A stretch of DNA of 63,332 bases, counting the filler, from Octopus bimaculoides (lineage: Eukaryota), in NCBI RefSeq assembly GCF_001194135.2. It is 6 parts of 5 records of this genome, joined end to end, with 100 filler letters (N's around TTAATTAATTAA, not from the genome) between each part and the next. Parts side by side here need not be neighbours in the genome. Positions count along the whole stretch, not along the records: positions 1 to 20,483 come from NC_068988.1; 5 more parts are not named here. One strand, given 5' to 3'. This document shows positions 1-10,603 of this stretch, in pieces (the first letter of the stretch is position 1; every line of letters starts with the position of its first letter). Under the pieces are notes generated by a model. It saw only the letters and a list, made by a program, of their open reading frames with translations, was not told the origin of the DNA and did not search any database. A program made the translations under genes and the position numbers.

Positions 1-1
1 T

Positions 2-523
2 ACCGTCATTTTACCGTTTTGTATGAGAGAATTAGATTTTCTACAGATGTTCCCTTTCCCAGCGAAAGGCTCTGACTTCCTTTTCCTACCAATTCTAATA
101 ACAACTTATATGCTGACCGTATCACTTATTTTAATGCGTTATAACGATAATATAGTCCCTGTTTTCCTTATGGAGATCGTGAAAAGAGAGTTCGATGAAC
201 TTAATGAAAGCTTTCCGAAATATATGTTCGATATAAAACATGGAAAATCTATAAATAAATGCAAAGCTAAAAGTCGTTTGATAGCCGAGATATCACAAAA
301 ACATCGAATACTTTGTAAACTGCTCGAACTGTGCAGTGATAAATTTCAACTCCAGTTAGCAACAATCATATTCTATGTCCCATGCGGTATTTTTTGTACG
401 CTATATGGAACACTGAATAAACTACTAAAGTATGATGAGATAAGTTTTATGTTATCTTTCTTGCTTGGAAGCACATGTGCAATGCTCAAGTATTTTCATG
501 AAGGCATATTACTGTATAACAAG
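2..523 (+). CDS. Gustatory receptor-like (GRL/7TMIC) gene, large exon, 5'-truncated by window edge (about TM4-TM6)
   Basis: Frame is open from base 2 (TVILPFC precedes the track's M at 23). It has three hydrophobic segments (FLFLPILITTYMLTVSLIL; FQLQLATIIFYVPCGIFCTLYGTL; ISFMLSFLLGSTCAMLKYF) and a GR-like stretch KHRILCKLLELCSDKFQLQL. It ends at a consensus donor AAG|GTAAGT (523/524), phase 0. Confidence 0.8.
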
Positions 524-840
524 GTAAGTAAACTCTTGCATATTTATCATTGTCAGCAATTCAACTTAAACCAAGATGGAGAAACGCATTCATTTCTTCG
601 TTATTGGTCCTATTAACTTCTTTTGTAGTCGGCGACGATGGTGCGTCGTACAAATTGCTTAGCTGCATTTCTTCTTCAGTTGTACATCCTAATTTGCAAT
701 CACAATCACGTCGACTTTACCTTATTCCGCTTCTTCTCTCCCTCAAAATTGCAAGTATGGGATTCAGCAACCGACAAACATCCCCTTCGCACAAATGCTG
801 TGATCCCAGTTACTCAAAGCCCATGGAACACACACACATA

Positions 841-857
841 CAAACTCTCTCTCTATC

Positions 858-893
<36 letters not shown>

Positions 894-894
894 C

Positions 895-931
<37 letters not shown>

Positions 932-932
932 C
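841..932. repeat. Compound (CT)n/(AT)n microsatellite
   Basis: Directly visible; produces the SLSLSL/IYIY ORFs. Confidence 0.95.
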
Positions 933-1239
933 AGACATAGGGTAAAATTTATAATTAATTAATAATTAATAATTTTACCAAGTAATTCGGTATGTTAAAA
1001 AACCCCCATTATCTGTAAACTTATACATTAGTTTTATAATTATAAACACATAATTATAATTAGGGTACAGCCGAAATTACTTCACCGCATACCGAAATTT
1101 AAAAATAGCAGTTAAATTCTATTCCACTACCATAATATATCTCCCAGACTACAACAAAGACGGGTGGATTCGTTATTTTTTCTCTTTGCCTATGTGAATT
1201 GCGAATGCTGTCTTAGTTTATTTATTTATTTATTTATTT

Positions 1240-2290
1240 ATTTTCTTTGTACAGACTGTCGCAGTTGCCCAGTCTGAATGGTTGTCTATTTAAATTATAG
1301 CTAGACTTTCTAGTCTCTCATGCGCTTTATTGATTTAGTTCATCGCCGCAAATAGCACACTATGTTTGAGCCTAAAAACAGGGGTTAGCTTTTCTTTTAC
1401 TCCGATCCTCGCTTTCGTTTTAGTGCAACAGCCTAATCCTTGCTAAAAAGACATTTGGAAACAATCTTTCATTTTTTGTCTCAGTTGTTTGACTTCATCC
1501 GAAATTTTAACCGTACCAACAATATTTTCACAGGGGAACACTAATGGGGGTATCCCATATCTTAAATAGGTTTAGTGATGTTTTTCAACACATACAGGAT
1601 TGTCATTTTCGTTTCACCTCGAAACATTACGTTGAAAATACATTCACTGATGAAATATAATTTCTTTCCTGTAAAAACCATACGCTACTTTATTTGATTT
1701 CAATAAATTCGTCTTACTAAATTGTCGCCTGTTTCTTCAATTATGATAGTGATGTTACTACCCGTGTCTAATTGCATTTTGATACTAATGATTTCGATTC
1801 TCACCTTGATGAATTTTCTGTTAGTTCTTAAAATTTTTTCTCAGATGACAAACTATTTATTAATTTTTTTTTTTTCGTTAGGTCCATTTTTTGTCAACTT
1901 AGTTCTTCATTGCGATTTAATGTCTCCTGTGTTCCCGCAACGAAAACATTTCGCTGTTTTGAACGGACACTCTTTTCTCAGGTGCCTACCACCACATGCC
2001 ATACATGTTTCTATCTTTTGATATATATCGTATTTTCCGTGAATCACCTTAGTATCTGCTCAGCCATCCAATTTAGTTTCGAATTTCCTACAGTTTTGTT
2101 ACAAGTTAACCTCTACTCGTTTGCAGCTTTTCTTTTAATGTTTCTGGAGCAATCTTTATCCCTTTCAGGTTAGTTTTCAGCTTATACTTGTAACGAAGCC
2201 ATGGTCTTCCTATGCTTATCCGTTCATCATGGAACTAGCTATGCATAAGAACGTTTGCAATCCTGTTGTCCATCATTTACTGCCAAGGCT
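1240..2290 (-). mobile_element. Decayed Ty3/Gypsy LTR retrotransposon gag-protease fragment in GRL intron
   Basis: Minus strand gives zinc knuckles CMACGGRHLRKECPFKTAKCFRCGNTG (~1920-2010) and retropepsin KMQLDTGSNITII (DTG at 1760-1768), followed by FRGETKMTILYVLKN and a degenerate pre-RT region with stops. Confidence 0.8.
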
Positions 2291-2338
2291 TATTAACCCA
2301 AATATAAAAAAATAGCATTATCTTATTCTTGATTTTAG

Positions 2339-2407
2339 AGCCATGGGATTCTGCAGGAAATTTACAAATCAAACATTGGTGATATTACCCCAGAGGCTAA
2401 AATGGAG
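2339..2407 (+). CDS. GRL exon 2 of 4 in window, SHGILQEIYKSNIGDITPEAKME
   Basis: Acceptor tcttattcttgattttAG|, 69 nt stop-free, donor GAG|GTAAGT; phase 0 to phase 0. Confidence 0.8.
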
Positions 2408-2444
2408 GTAAGTAACTACTACGGTATTAGCATGAAGGAAAAGC

Positions 2445-2620
2445 GGTGAGCTGTCAGAGTGGTTAGCACGCCAGGCGAAATGCTTAGCGGTATTTCGTCT
2501 GCTGTTACGTTCTAAGTTCAAATTCCACCGAGGTCGACTTTGCCTTTCATCCTTTCGGAGTCGATAAATTAAGTACCAGTTACGTACTGGGTCGATCCAA
2601 TCGACTGGTCCCCCCCCCCT
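2445..2620 (+). mobile_element. tRNA-derived SINE, family A
   Basis: gagctg(g/t)cagagtggttagcacgcc...aaattcc(a/g)ccgaggtcgactttgcctttcatcctttcgg...gataaattaagtaccagt. Recurs at ~3195, 15260, 19300-19812, 25725, 47820, 49690, 49940, 51200. Confidence 0.85.
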
Positions 2621-2706
2621 AGGTTATGCGAAGTAATACTACGAAAAGTTAGAAATAATACATTTCTAAATCTCTCAGAGAAATTTAAGTAGTAGTGATA
2701 CGATGA

Positions 2707-2929
2707 AGTAGTTGTATGCTGTCAACTTAATGTGACAGTCCCCTGAAGGGAATAATACAACTTTTGGTTACACCTAGGAAGCTGTACCGCTTCCTGTCGG
2801 CTATGATACTTAAGGACACAGGAAATGTGTCAAGGCCGACAGAAAGCGGTACAGCTTCCTAGGTCTAACCAACAGTAGTATTATTCCCTTCAGGGGACTG
2901 TCACATTAATTTGACAGCATACAACTACT
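2707..2929. mobile_element. Foldback/MITE-like element with ~95 bp inverted arms
   Basis: Arm 2707-2801 is the near-exact reverse complement of 2835-2929; 33 nt spacer. Confidence 0.85.
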
Positions 2930-3194
2930 ACTACGAAAATGTTCTACGAATTAAATATGATATAAATACATAGTCATCGTAAAGAAACGGCTCTTTTGTT
3001 ACGAAGCACATCAGCAATTATTATATCCCCATTTTAGTCTGCGGAAAAATAATAAGTATCAGTATGCAGATCATTGCCTTGATTTTCGACGGTGACTGTG
3101 CATATCCTGGTTTATTATTGATCGGTACATATCTGCAAGGATCAGCGAACTGCAATGTACATACATTTCTTTGATATTATTTCCGATAGCAGAA

Positions 3195-3410
3195 GGCGGC
3201 GAGCTGGCAGAGTGGTTAGCACGCCGAGCGAAATGCTTAGCGCTATTACACCTGCATTGACGTTCTGAGCTTAAATTCCGCCGAGGTCAACTTTGCCTTT
3301 CATCTTTTCGGGATCGATAAATTAAGTACCAGTTGCGTACTGGGATCGATCTAATCGACTGGCTCCACTCCCCCAAAATTTCGGGCCTTGTGCCTAGAGT
3401 AGAAAAGATT
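3195..3410 (+). mobile_element. tRNA-derived SINE family A, near full length
   Basis: Head, core and tail similar to the other copies. Confidence 0.85.
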
Positions 3411-3448
3411 ATTTCCGATAACAGATATTCTAACGATTGTCTTCTTTA

Positions 3449-3496
3449 ATGTCATATAAGATGCAAGAAACGATGTCATATAAGATGCAAGAAACG
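3449..3496. repeat. 24 bp perfect tandem duplication
   Basis: atgtcatataagatgcaagaaacg x2. Confidence 0.95.
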
Positions 3497-3658
3497 ATAT
3501 CGAACCAATATCGTAACATTTTATGCACTAAAACCGTTTTACTCCTATATATGCGCTACAAAAATTGGGTTGCGTCTGATATGCGCGGGTGTGTGCCATC
3601 AAACACGGTAATCTTATATTCTCTATAGACTTAATTTTTATTTATCGTTTTCTTCCAG

Positions 3659-3748
3659 TTGACATTTTTCATTAATCGCCTTTCTAACGCTCGAATCGGA
3701 TTATGCATTGGAAAATTTTTCCTCGTAAACCATTCATCTGTTCTCGGC
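3659..3748 (+). CDS. GRL exon 3, LTFFINRLSNARIGLCIGKFFLVNHSSVLG (IL3/TM7a)
   Basis: Acceptor tttatcgttttcttccAG|, 90 nt stop-free, donor GGC|GTATGT; phase 0-0. Matches the GR pattern l..f..rl......t..G.F.i....l. Confidence 0.85.
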
Positions 3749-3865
3749 GTATGTATACGAGTTATTTCTGATTTTTCCTAACTTTAAACGTTATATATTC
3801 ATTGATAATTTTTGTGATATTTATCTCTTTGCAACACAGTAATGCTAGAGATTACAAGTTCTTTA

Positions 3866-3905
3866 ATTATGAAATAAACTCCTGATCAGGAGTTTATTTC
3901 ATAAT
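3866..3905. repeat. Perfect 40 bp palindrome, no spacer
   Basis: attatgaaataaactcctga|tcaggagtttatttcataat. Confidence 0.95.
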
Positions 3906-4720
3906 CTATTTGACACTGTTGCCGAAACGCTGAGTTACGCGGACCTAAACAAAGCAACACCGGTTATCAAGCACTGGGNNNNNNNNNNNNNNNNNNNNNN
4001 NNNNNNNNNNNNNNNNNNNNNNNNNNNNNNNNNNNNNNNNNNNNNNNNNNNNNNNNNNNNNNNNNNNNNNNNNNNNNNNNNNNNNNNNNNNNNNNNNNNN
4101 NNNNNNNNNNNNNNNNNNNNNNNNNNNNNNNNNNNNNNNNNNNNNNNNNNNNNNNNNNNNNNNNNNNNNNNNNNNNNNNNNNNNNNNNNNNNNNNNNNNN
4201 NNNNNNNNNNNNNNNNNNNNNNNNNNNNNNNNNNNNNNNNNNNNNNNNNNNNNNNNNNNNNNNNNNNNNNNNNNNNNNNNNNNNNNNNNNNNNNNNNNNN
4301 NNNNNNNNNNNNNNNNNNNNNNNNNNNNNNNNNNNNNNNNNNNNNNNNNNNNNNNNNNNNNNNNNNNNNNNNNNNNNNNNNNNNNNNNNNNNNNNNNNNN
4401 NNNNNNNNNNNNNNNNNNNNNNNNNNNNNNNNNNNNNNNNNNNNNNNNNNNNNNNNNNNNNNNNNNNNNNNNNNNNNNNNNNNNNNNNNNNNNNNTGTCT
4501 TACATCTTTATGGGGTCAATAAATTAAATACCAGTCATGTACTGCGGTTGAGGTAATCAATAGCTCCAGCCCCACCCCCACCCCCACCGAAATTGCTGGT
4601 CTTGTGACAAGATTGGAAGCCGTCATTATTATTTTTTTTTTCATCACAAATTAACGTTTTTGTTTTTCTTGCTCTATCTTTATTCAGCAGCTGAATATAT
4701 TTTCCTAAATTTTATTTCAG

Positions 4721-4867
4721 ATCTTTGGCACTGTGGTGTCATATGCGATTTTGGCCTACCAAACGTCGAGCACCTATTCTTCTACTATTCAGCGTAAACA
4801 CGCAGCCTCGGCGCTAAATTTCACAATGAAGTTTCTAAATAGAACACTACACAAACGATTCTTCTAA
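4721..4867 (+). CDS. GRL terminal exon, IFGTVVSYAILAYQTSSTYSSTIQRKHAASALNFTMKFLNRTLHKRFF*
   Basis: Acceptor aattttatttcAG|, phase 0. TM7 motif I.G.v.(S/T)Y-x5-Q. Stop TAA at 4865-4867. Confidence 0.85.
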   Translation: MFGTVVSYAILAYQTSSTYSSTIQRKHAASALNFTMKFLNRTLHKRFF

Positions 4868-5234
4868 ACGCCTTACTGAATCTTGAAAGACAATGGAGTC
4901 GTATTTGACTTTTAGAATACGTTTGTTTTTTAAAATATTTCTTTGAATTGGGTTTTGTAATTACACCAGTCAATGAATTTATGTTGTCGTATCCTATATA
5001 AACTATGGTAACTCCGTAAATTGACAAAACGACGAATAACCTTAATCGATTTTTGCTTAGATTCTGATCAAAGGTTTCTACTTCAATTTCACCAATTCCA
5101 ATGAAGCAGACAACCAATTTATTTAGAATGCTGAACATTTACAATAGTTACAGTAAACGGGAGTTGCTAATTTGCATACCGTACGCGATAACATTTTATT
5201 TTTTTAATTTCAGGGGTCCTTCAACGGAGATCTC

Positions 5235-5590
5235 AGTACGCATCAAGTTATGATATGCTGTGAGCATCATCTATATGATGTGGAAAATATTCCATCAACA
5301 ATGCCCAAATGATATAGGTATCATCTTTAAAATTCATTTGAGGCTTGGCCCTCGTGCCATCCGCCCACTACAGAAATCACGTTCGTGTTGCATCACAACA
5401 CTACGACAGAACTATTTCACCTCAACTGGCCCTGCTCTCTTCAATATCGTGCCAGCCCATATAAAGGAGGAAAGTGATTTCACGGCATTCAAATGGTCTC
5501 TATATGTTCACCTCCAACAAATACTAGACAAACTAACCACACCCGGATATGTCTCTGAAAACAATAACTCACTGTGCCCAATAAACCTTT
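5235..5590 (+). mobile_element. CR1/L2-group LINE ORF2 3' remnant
   Basis: IIYMMWKIFHQQCPNDIGI...RLGPR...NYFTSTGPALFNIVP...FKWSL...TPGYVSENNNSL resembles the C-terminus of CR1-group RT proteins. Confidence 0.75.
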
Positions 5591-5990
5591 TGTTTAATGT
5601 GCACAGATCCGACGTCAGGCACAAGAACAGTTGTTCGACAGAACTTGCTGAACATTTCGTTTCAAGCGGTTGCAATTTTGAAGAAGACTTGAAAGTGCAT
5701 ATTCTCAGAAAATATTCTGAATCTGCTTCACTTTCTCTTCTCAGAATGTATGAGGAGAAATATGTTTGTGGGTTATTAACATCACGCCCTGGAGGAATGA
5801 ATAAAATGACAGGAGAATATCATCAAATTTATACAAAACTGTTTGATTAAGTATTCTTCTTTCTCTCTTTTTCATTCCTTTTTTTTCTGTCGTCTTTTTT
5901 TTCTGTCTTTTTCTTTTCGCCTGTTATGAAATTGTAACTTAAAAACTGATGATGTCATTCTATCAACGTGTGGACGCTGGTTGCTCTCCT
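5590..5990 (+). mobile_element. Penelope-like element, C-terminal GIY-YIG endonuclease remnant and tail
   Basis: FNVHRSDVRHKNSCSTELAEHF...DLKVHIL...EEKYVCGLLTSRPGGMN; downstream ctgatga motif at ~5946. Confidence 0.75.
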
Positions 5991-6169
5991 TCATAATTTA
6001 CGTTTAAATTTCTGTAATTTTAAATTTTCATCACTTCTTATTTTGAACTTGACAAAGACAGGCGTATTGTTGAAATAGCGTTCAACGAATAAAATATCTT
6101 ACAACCGAATCGTGCTCTTCGACTTGACTGTCTACCTTTGTGAAGAGTTACGTCAATCCTTTTAAAAAA

Positions 6170-6239
<70 letters not shown>

Positions 6240-6276
6240 ATTATTATTATCATTATTATTATTATTATTATTATTG
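6170..6276. repeat. (ATT)n microsatellite
   Basis: Directly visible; produces the poly-I ORF. Confidence 0.95.
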
Positions 6277-7131
6277 CCTTTGCACAGCTTCTAACGCTGG
6301 AGAATTAATCTTAAAAGTGGATAAGCCAAAAATATCCAAAGAACCAGCATTTTGAAACGAGTCTTACAAATCNNNNNNNNNNNNNNNNNNNNNNNNNNNN
6401 NNNNNNNNNNNNNNNNNNNNNNNNNNNNNNNNNNNNNNNNNNNNNNNNNNNNNNNNNNNNNNNNNNNNNNNNNNNNNNNNNNNNNNNNNNNNNNNNNNNN
6501 NNNNNNNNNNNNNNNNNNNNNNNNNNNNNNNNNNNNNNNNNNNNNNNNNNNNNNNNNNNNNNNNNNNNNNNNNNNNNNNNNNNNNNNNNNNNNNNNNNNN
6601 NNNNNNNNNNNNNNNNNNNNNNNNNNNNNNNNNNNNNNNNCCGTAACTTAGCGATTCGCCAAAAGAGACTGATAGAATAAGTACTAGGCTTACAAAAAAT
6701 AAGTCCTGGGGTCGATTTGCTCGACTAAAGGCCGCAGTCAAATGACTGAAACAACTAAAAAAAATAAATAATAAAGAATTAATTCAGATAAACTTATTCA
6801 GAATTACGTCCCTTACATCGTAGTTCACGTTATTGATGGTTTCTTTTTTTCAAATGCAGTCTATTTCGGAGTTTTCTCCCTTAGACTTCTTACTACTTTT
6901 AAACGAAAAGGATTTTGGACGCGTTCAGAAAGTATCGGAGAATACATCTATGTTGATATTAAGAGTTATTTATACAAACAGGCATGCATAGAGACATGCA
7001 TGGATACACAGACTGATAGATAAACAAACAGATCGATCGATTGACAGACAGACAGACGGACGGACTGACGGATGGATGGATGGATAAATAGACGGATGGA
7101 TGGATGGATGTGTGGATGGATAGAAAGTAGG

Positions 7132-7173
<42 letters not shown>

Positions 7174-7838
7174 GAGAGAGTGAGAGAGATGTATAGATAG
7201 ATGGAGAGTGAGCGATGTAGAAAATCATACATACATAGATCGTTAGCAAGGAGGGACACACATATAAGAAAAAAGAAAGCAAAGGACCACTGATGAGGTC
7301 ACAGAAGTGTGACGAAAGAACTCTGGCCAAAATACAGTTAATGTAATATAAAGCTGAAGCAATTTAACACCAAATATATAGTGCGTGTGTTTTTATTGGC
7401 TAAACTGGCAACATGACCATCCCCAAATACAACAATATATATATATATATNNNNNNNNNNNNNNNNNNNNNNNNNNNNNNNNNNNNNNNNNNNNNNNNNN
7501 NNNNNNNNNNNNNNNNNNNNNNNNNNNNNNNNNNNNNNNNNNNNNNNNNNNNNNNNNNNNNNNNNNNNNNNNNNNNNNNNNNNNNNNNNNNNNNNNNNNN
7601 NNNNNNNNNNNNNNNNNNNNNNNNNNNNNNNNNNNNNNNNNNNNNNNNNNNNNNNNNNNNNNNNNNNNNNNNNNNNNNNNNNNNNNNNNNNNNNNNNNNN
7701 NNNNNNNNNNNNNNNNNNNNNNNNNNNNNNNNNNNNNNNNNNNNNNNNNNNNNNNNNNNNNNNNNNNNNNNNNNNNNNNNNNNNNNNNNNNNNNNNNNNN
7801 NNNNNNNNNNNNNNNNNNNNNNNNNNNNNNNNNNNNNN

Positions 7839-7884
<46 letters not shown>

Positions 7885-8489
7885 TGGGAGAGGAAGAGAG
7901 AGAGAGAGAGAGAGAGATAGATAGAGAGAGAGATTAATAATCGCATTCAATAGAATGTAGGCACGTTAGTACGTAGGACGCCAGAAATGGCTAGTTTAAA
8001 TAACATACGGTTCACAGTGAGGTAAAACATCTATGAGGGTATTATGTGATACTATACACATAAGCACCAGCTCTAATCTAAACTGTACATCCGGTATCTC
8101 TTACTGTTCAGTCATTGCTGGGGTCAGCAGAGATAAATGTCATTTTATATACACAGGACTTAAATGTGAGATAGTGTTATTGTGAAAATAAGCATAAATG
8201 AAATCCCTTGTTTTCATAAGCAAACTTTCAGACTCAAATATACAGGATCGCAAGTCTTTGAAAAGAAAAAGAAAAAGAAAGAAAAGAAAAAAGAAAAAAG
8301 AATGTGAGAACAAGCAGGTCTTTAAAAAAGAGAGGAAGATAAATAAAGATTGGAGATGAGAAAAGAAATTTTTTAAAATTAAGAGTTGCCTCCCTTTGAC
8401 CGGTTCGTATTAGAATGCGGTTGCTTTAAATTAATTTAACGGGGAGAAGATCAAAGTTTGTGGTGAGACTGCATGCTTAATTCCGAGAG

Positions 8490-9660
8490 AGTGATGTTTT
8501 CCAGTTCGGCAAAAGAAACTCGTCCAGATACTTACATTTCATAAAAATGTAAGATTTTTGTCTTAGATCTAAACAGTAATGCGTAATCTTTCAGCTTCTC
8601 TGAACGATTAATGCATTGCTGATCGATTAAAGTGTAGTGTGGGTCCTTTCCTCGGTGCATTACTTGAAGTTGTGTGGTGTGTAATTGACCTTGAGGTCCG
8701 AGGTATGGCTAGCAAACTTTGTTACTTTCTTTTTATTCATGTGTCAGGAAGAAGACTTCTGGTTCGCACATCTTTTTTAACATCAATTTCGCATACACCA
8801 ATGTGCATTTTCTTTCGAGTTGAATTATTTTCGAGCACTGAGATGACTTTAGCTTCACAGACAACCGAACTAATTATGCATGCCTGGTCGAGTGGACACG
8901 CTTCTGGATCTCGACAGTTGCAGCTTAGAGTGAGCTCCTAGTGTGACTTGCAGGTAGGGGTGATAATATTTTTCAAGTTGGAATAGAAGGTGTGTGAAAC
9001 TTACACTGAACATCTGTTAAAAATGTTCTTGTATCTATGCTTATCTTAGAAATGTTTATTATATTAAAGCTAGGAATTTTCTCCCTACGTTAATCTTAAT
9101 GTTCAGGAAAAGTGGGAAGGACTATGTAATCTTACAGGGTCCATTTTTAGGTTTTGTATTTTTAATTACAGGATTGCAAGTTTTCTTTTCTTCTTTGAAG
9201 CCGCTGTTAGCCAGAGCAATATTATAGTAGAGATTCCTTAACGAGAGATTACACATCCTATTTCTGATATTAGTTTCAAGATTTTTTTAACGCTATAGTT
9301 GGGGGTGACAAGACTGATTACGTGCATACGTAAAGTTTTCATTAGGTTTACGATAGGGCTTCAAAGAGCATAATCTTAGGTATAGAGAAGCATCTAAGAA
9401 ATTGACTGTAGGGACGATGGTGGTTACAATGATTTTGAGGCTTAACTGACTAAAAGTATACATGAGATTTTTCCCTGAATTCATTCAGAACGTGCATCAC
9501 AAACGTGAGATACGGCGAACCCATCGTCACGGTAAACGAATTTCATGGGACGAAACTTGAATCTCAATGTGTCTAATATACTGGGAACGTGTCTGCTTGT
9601 TTCATGCTCTTGCTTGATGATACTGCGGTTCTATTATGTCGCAAGTATTTTCACTGTAAT
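8490..9660 (-). mobile_element. Decayed Penelope-like retroelement (RT + GIY-YIG)
   Basis: Minus strand: RT motif FVYRDDG (~9520-9540); VNFLDASL...KPYRKPN...SCHP (9293-9430); CNCRDPEACPLDQACIISSVVCEAKV...HIGVCE (8780-8935); terminal MKCKYLDEFLLPNWK. Multiple stops and frameshifts. Confidence 0.85.
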
Positions 9661-10079
9661 TTGATACCATCTTTACATTACACAATTCATCGTTTCAGAT
9701 TTCAGATTTCGGCGGAATTTAAACCCAGAACGTAAAAGAGATGGAAGGAATGCTGCTAAGCAACATTTTGTCCGACGCCCAAAAGATTCTTCTGACCCGT
9801 CTCCCTACGACATCTTTATAATAATTCTTTTTACTATAAGCACAATGCCTGAAATTTCCGATGTGGGTGTTTATTTACATTACAGTATTCAACTGACACT
9901 TTATTTTCTCAATCCCGAAACGATCAAAGGTAAAGTTAACCTCAGCGGAATTTAAACTGGTCAAAATGCCGCTAAACATTTTGTCCAGCACATTAATGGT
10001 CTTACCGCCTTGCCACTATAATAATAACGATTTGTAGCATGAACACAATACCTCAAATTTAGGTGAGGGATCTACTGAA

Positions 10080-10250
10080 CTATATCGAGCCTATGAGATA
10101 GTGAGTTCGATCCCTGGACGGGGCTGTGTTGTGTTCTTGAACAAGACACTTTAATTCCTGTTGCTCCACATCACACAGCTGTAGAAATGAGTTGCGACGT
10201 CACAGGTACCAAGCTGTATCGACCCCTTTACCTTTCCCTTGGATAACATC
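10080..10250 (+). mobile_element. tRNA-derived SINE, family C
   Basis: B-box gagttcgatccc, then gtgttcttgaacaagacactt...gagttgcgacgtcacagg...cccttggataacatc. An opposite-strand copy lies at 38370-38620. Confidence 0.7.
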
Positions 10251-10492
10251 AGTGTGTTTTGCTCAAGAACACGGCGCACCGCCAGTTCTAGGAATCGAAC
10301 CACGATCTCACAGTCATAAGGGCAAGCATTAGGCCATGTGCCTTCACATGTTTTCGTAGAGCGTAGAGGATTTGGGAGTAGAAAAGTAATTCTTGTAAAC
10401 AGAACGAAAACGTGACTAAACATGCATTAATAAAGAAACCTTCTTCATTTATAATAACATCTATGCCTCTTTTAAAGTATATATGAGATGTG

Positions 10493-10603
10493 TTATGTAA
10501 TCGAAAACACCGATCTCTTGTCTATATCATAAGTGCTTTGTTGTTTATCATCTGGATATAACGTTAAACCATCATCATTCACAGTTTTCATTGTCAGTTT
10601 AGG
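10493..10603 (-). CDS. Candidate terminal exon of unknown gene, PKLTMKTVNDDGLTLYPDDKQQSTYDIDKRSVFSIT*
   Basis: Acceptor gtacttttgttttttAG|, 36 stop-free codons, non-repetitive; no homology recognised. Confidence 0.25.
   Translation of the reverse strand, partial: PKLTMKTVNDDGLTLYPDDKQQSTYDIDKRSVFSIT

Noticed and set aside
23-616. 197 aa ORF as a complete single-exon gene
   Set aside because: The frame is open upstream of the M, and residues after K (523) read into an intron starting with a consensus GTAAGT; the real protein continues in three downstream exons.
8639-8941. 100 aa plus-strand ORF with hydrophobic stretches
   Set aside because: Antisense shadow of the Penelope GIY-YIG region.
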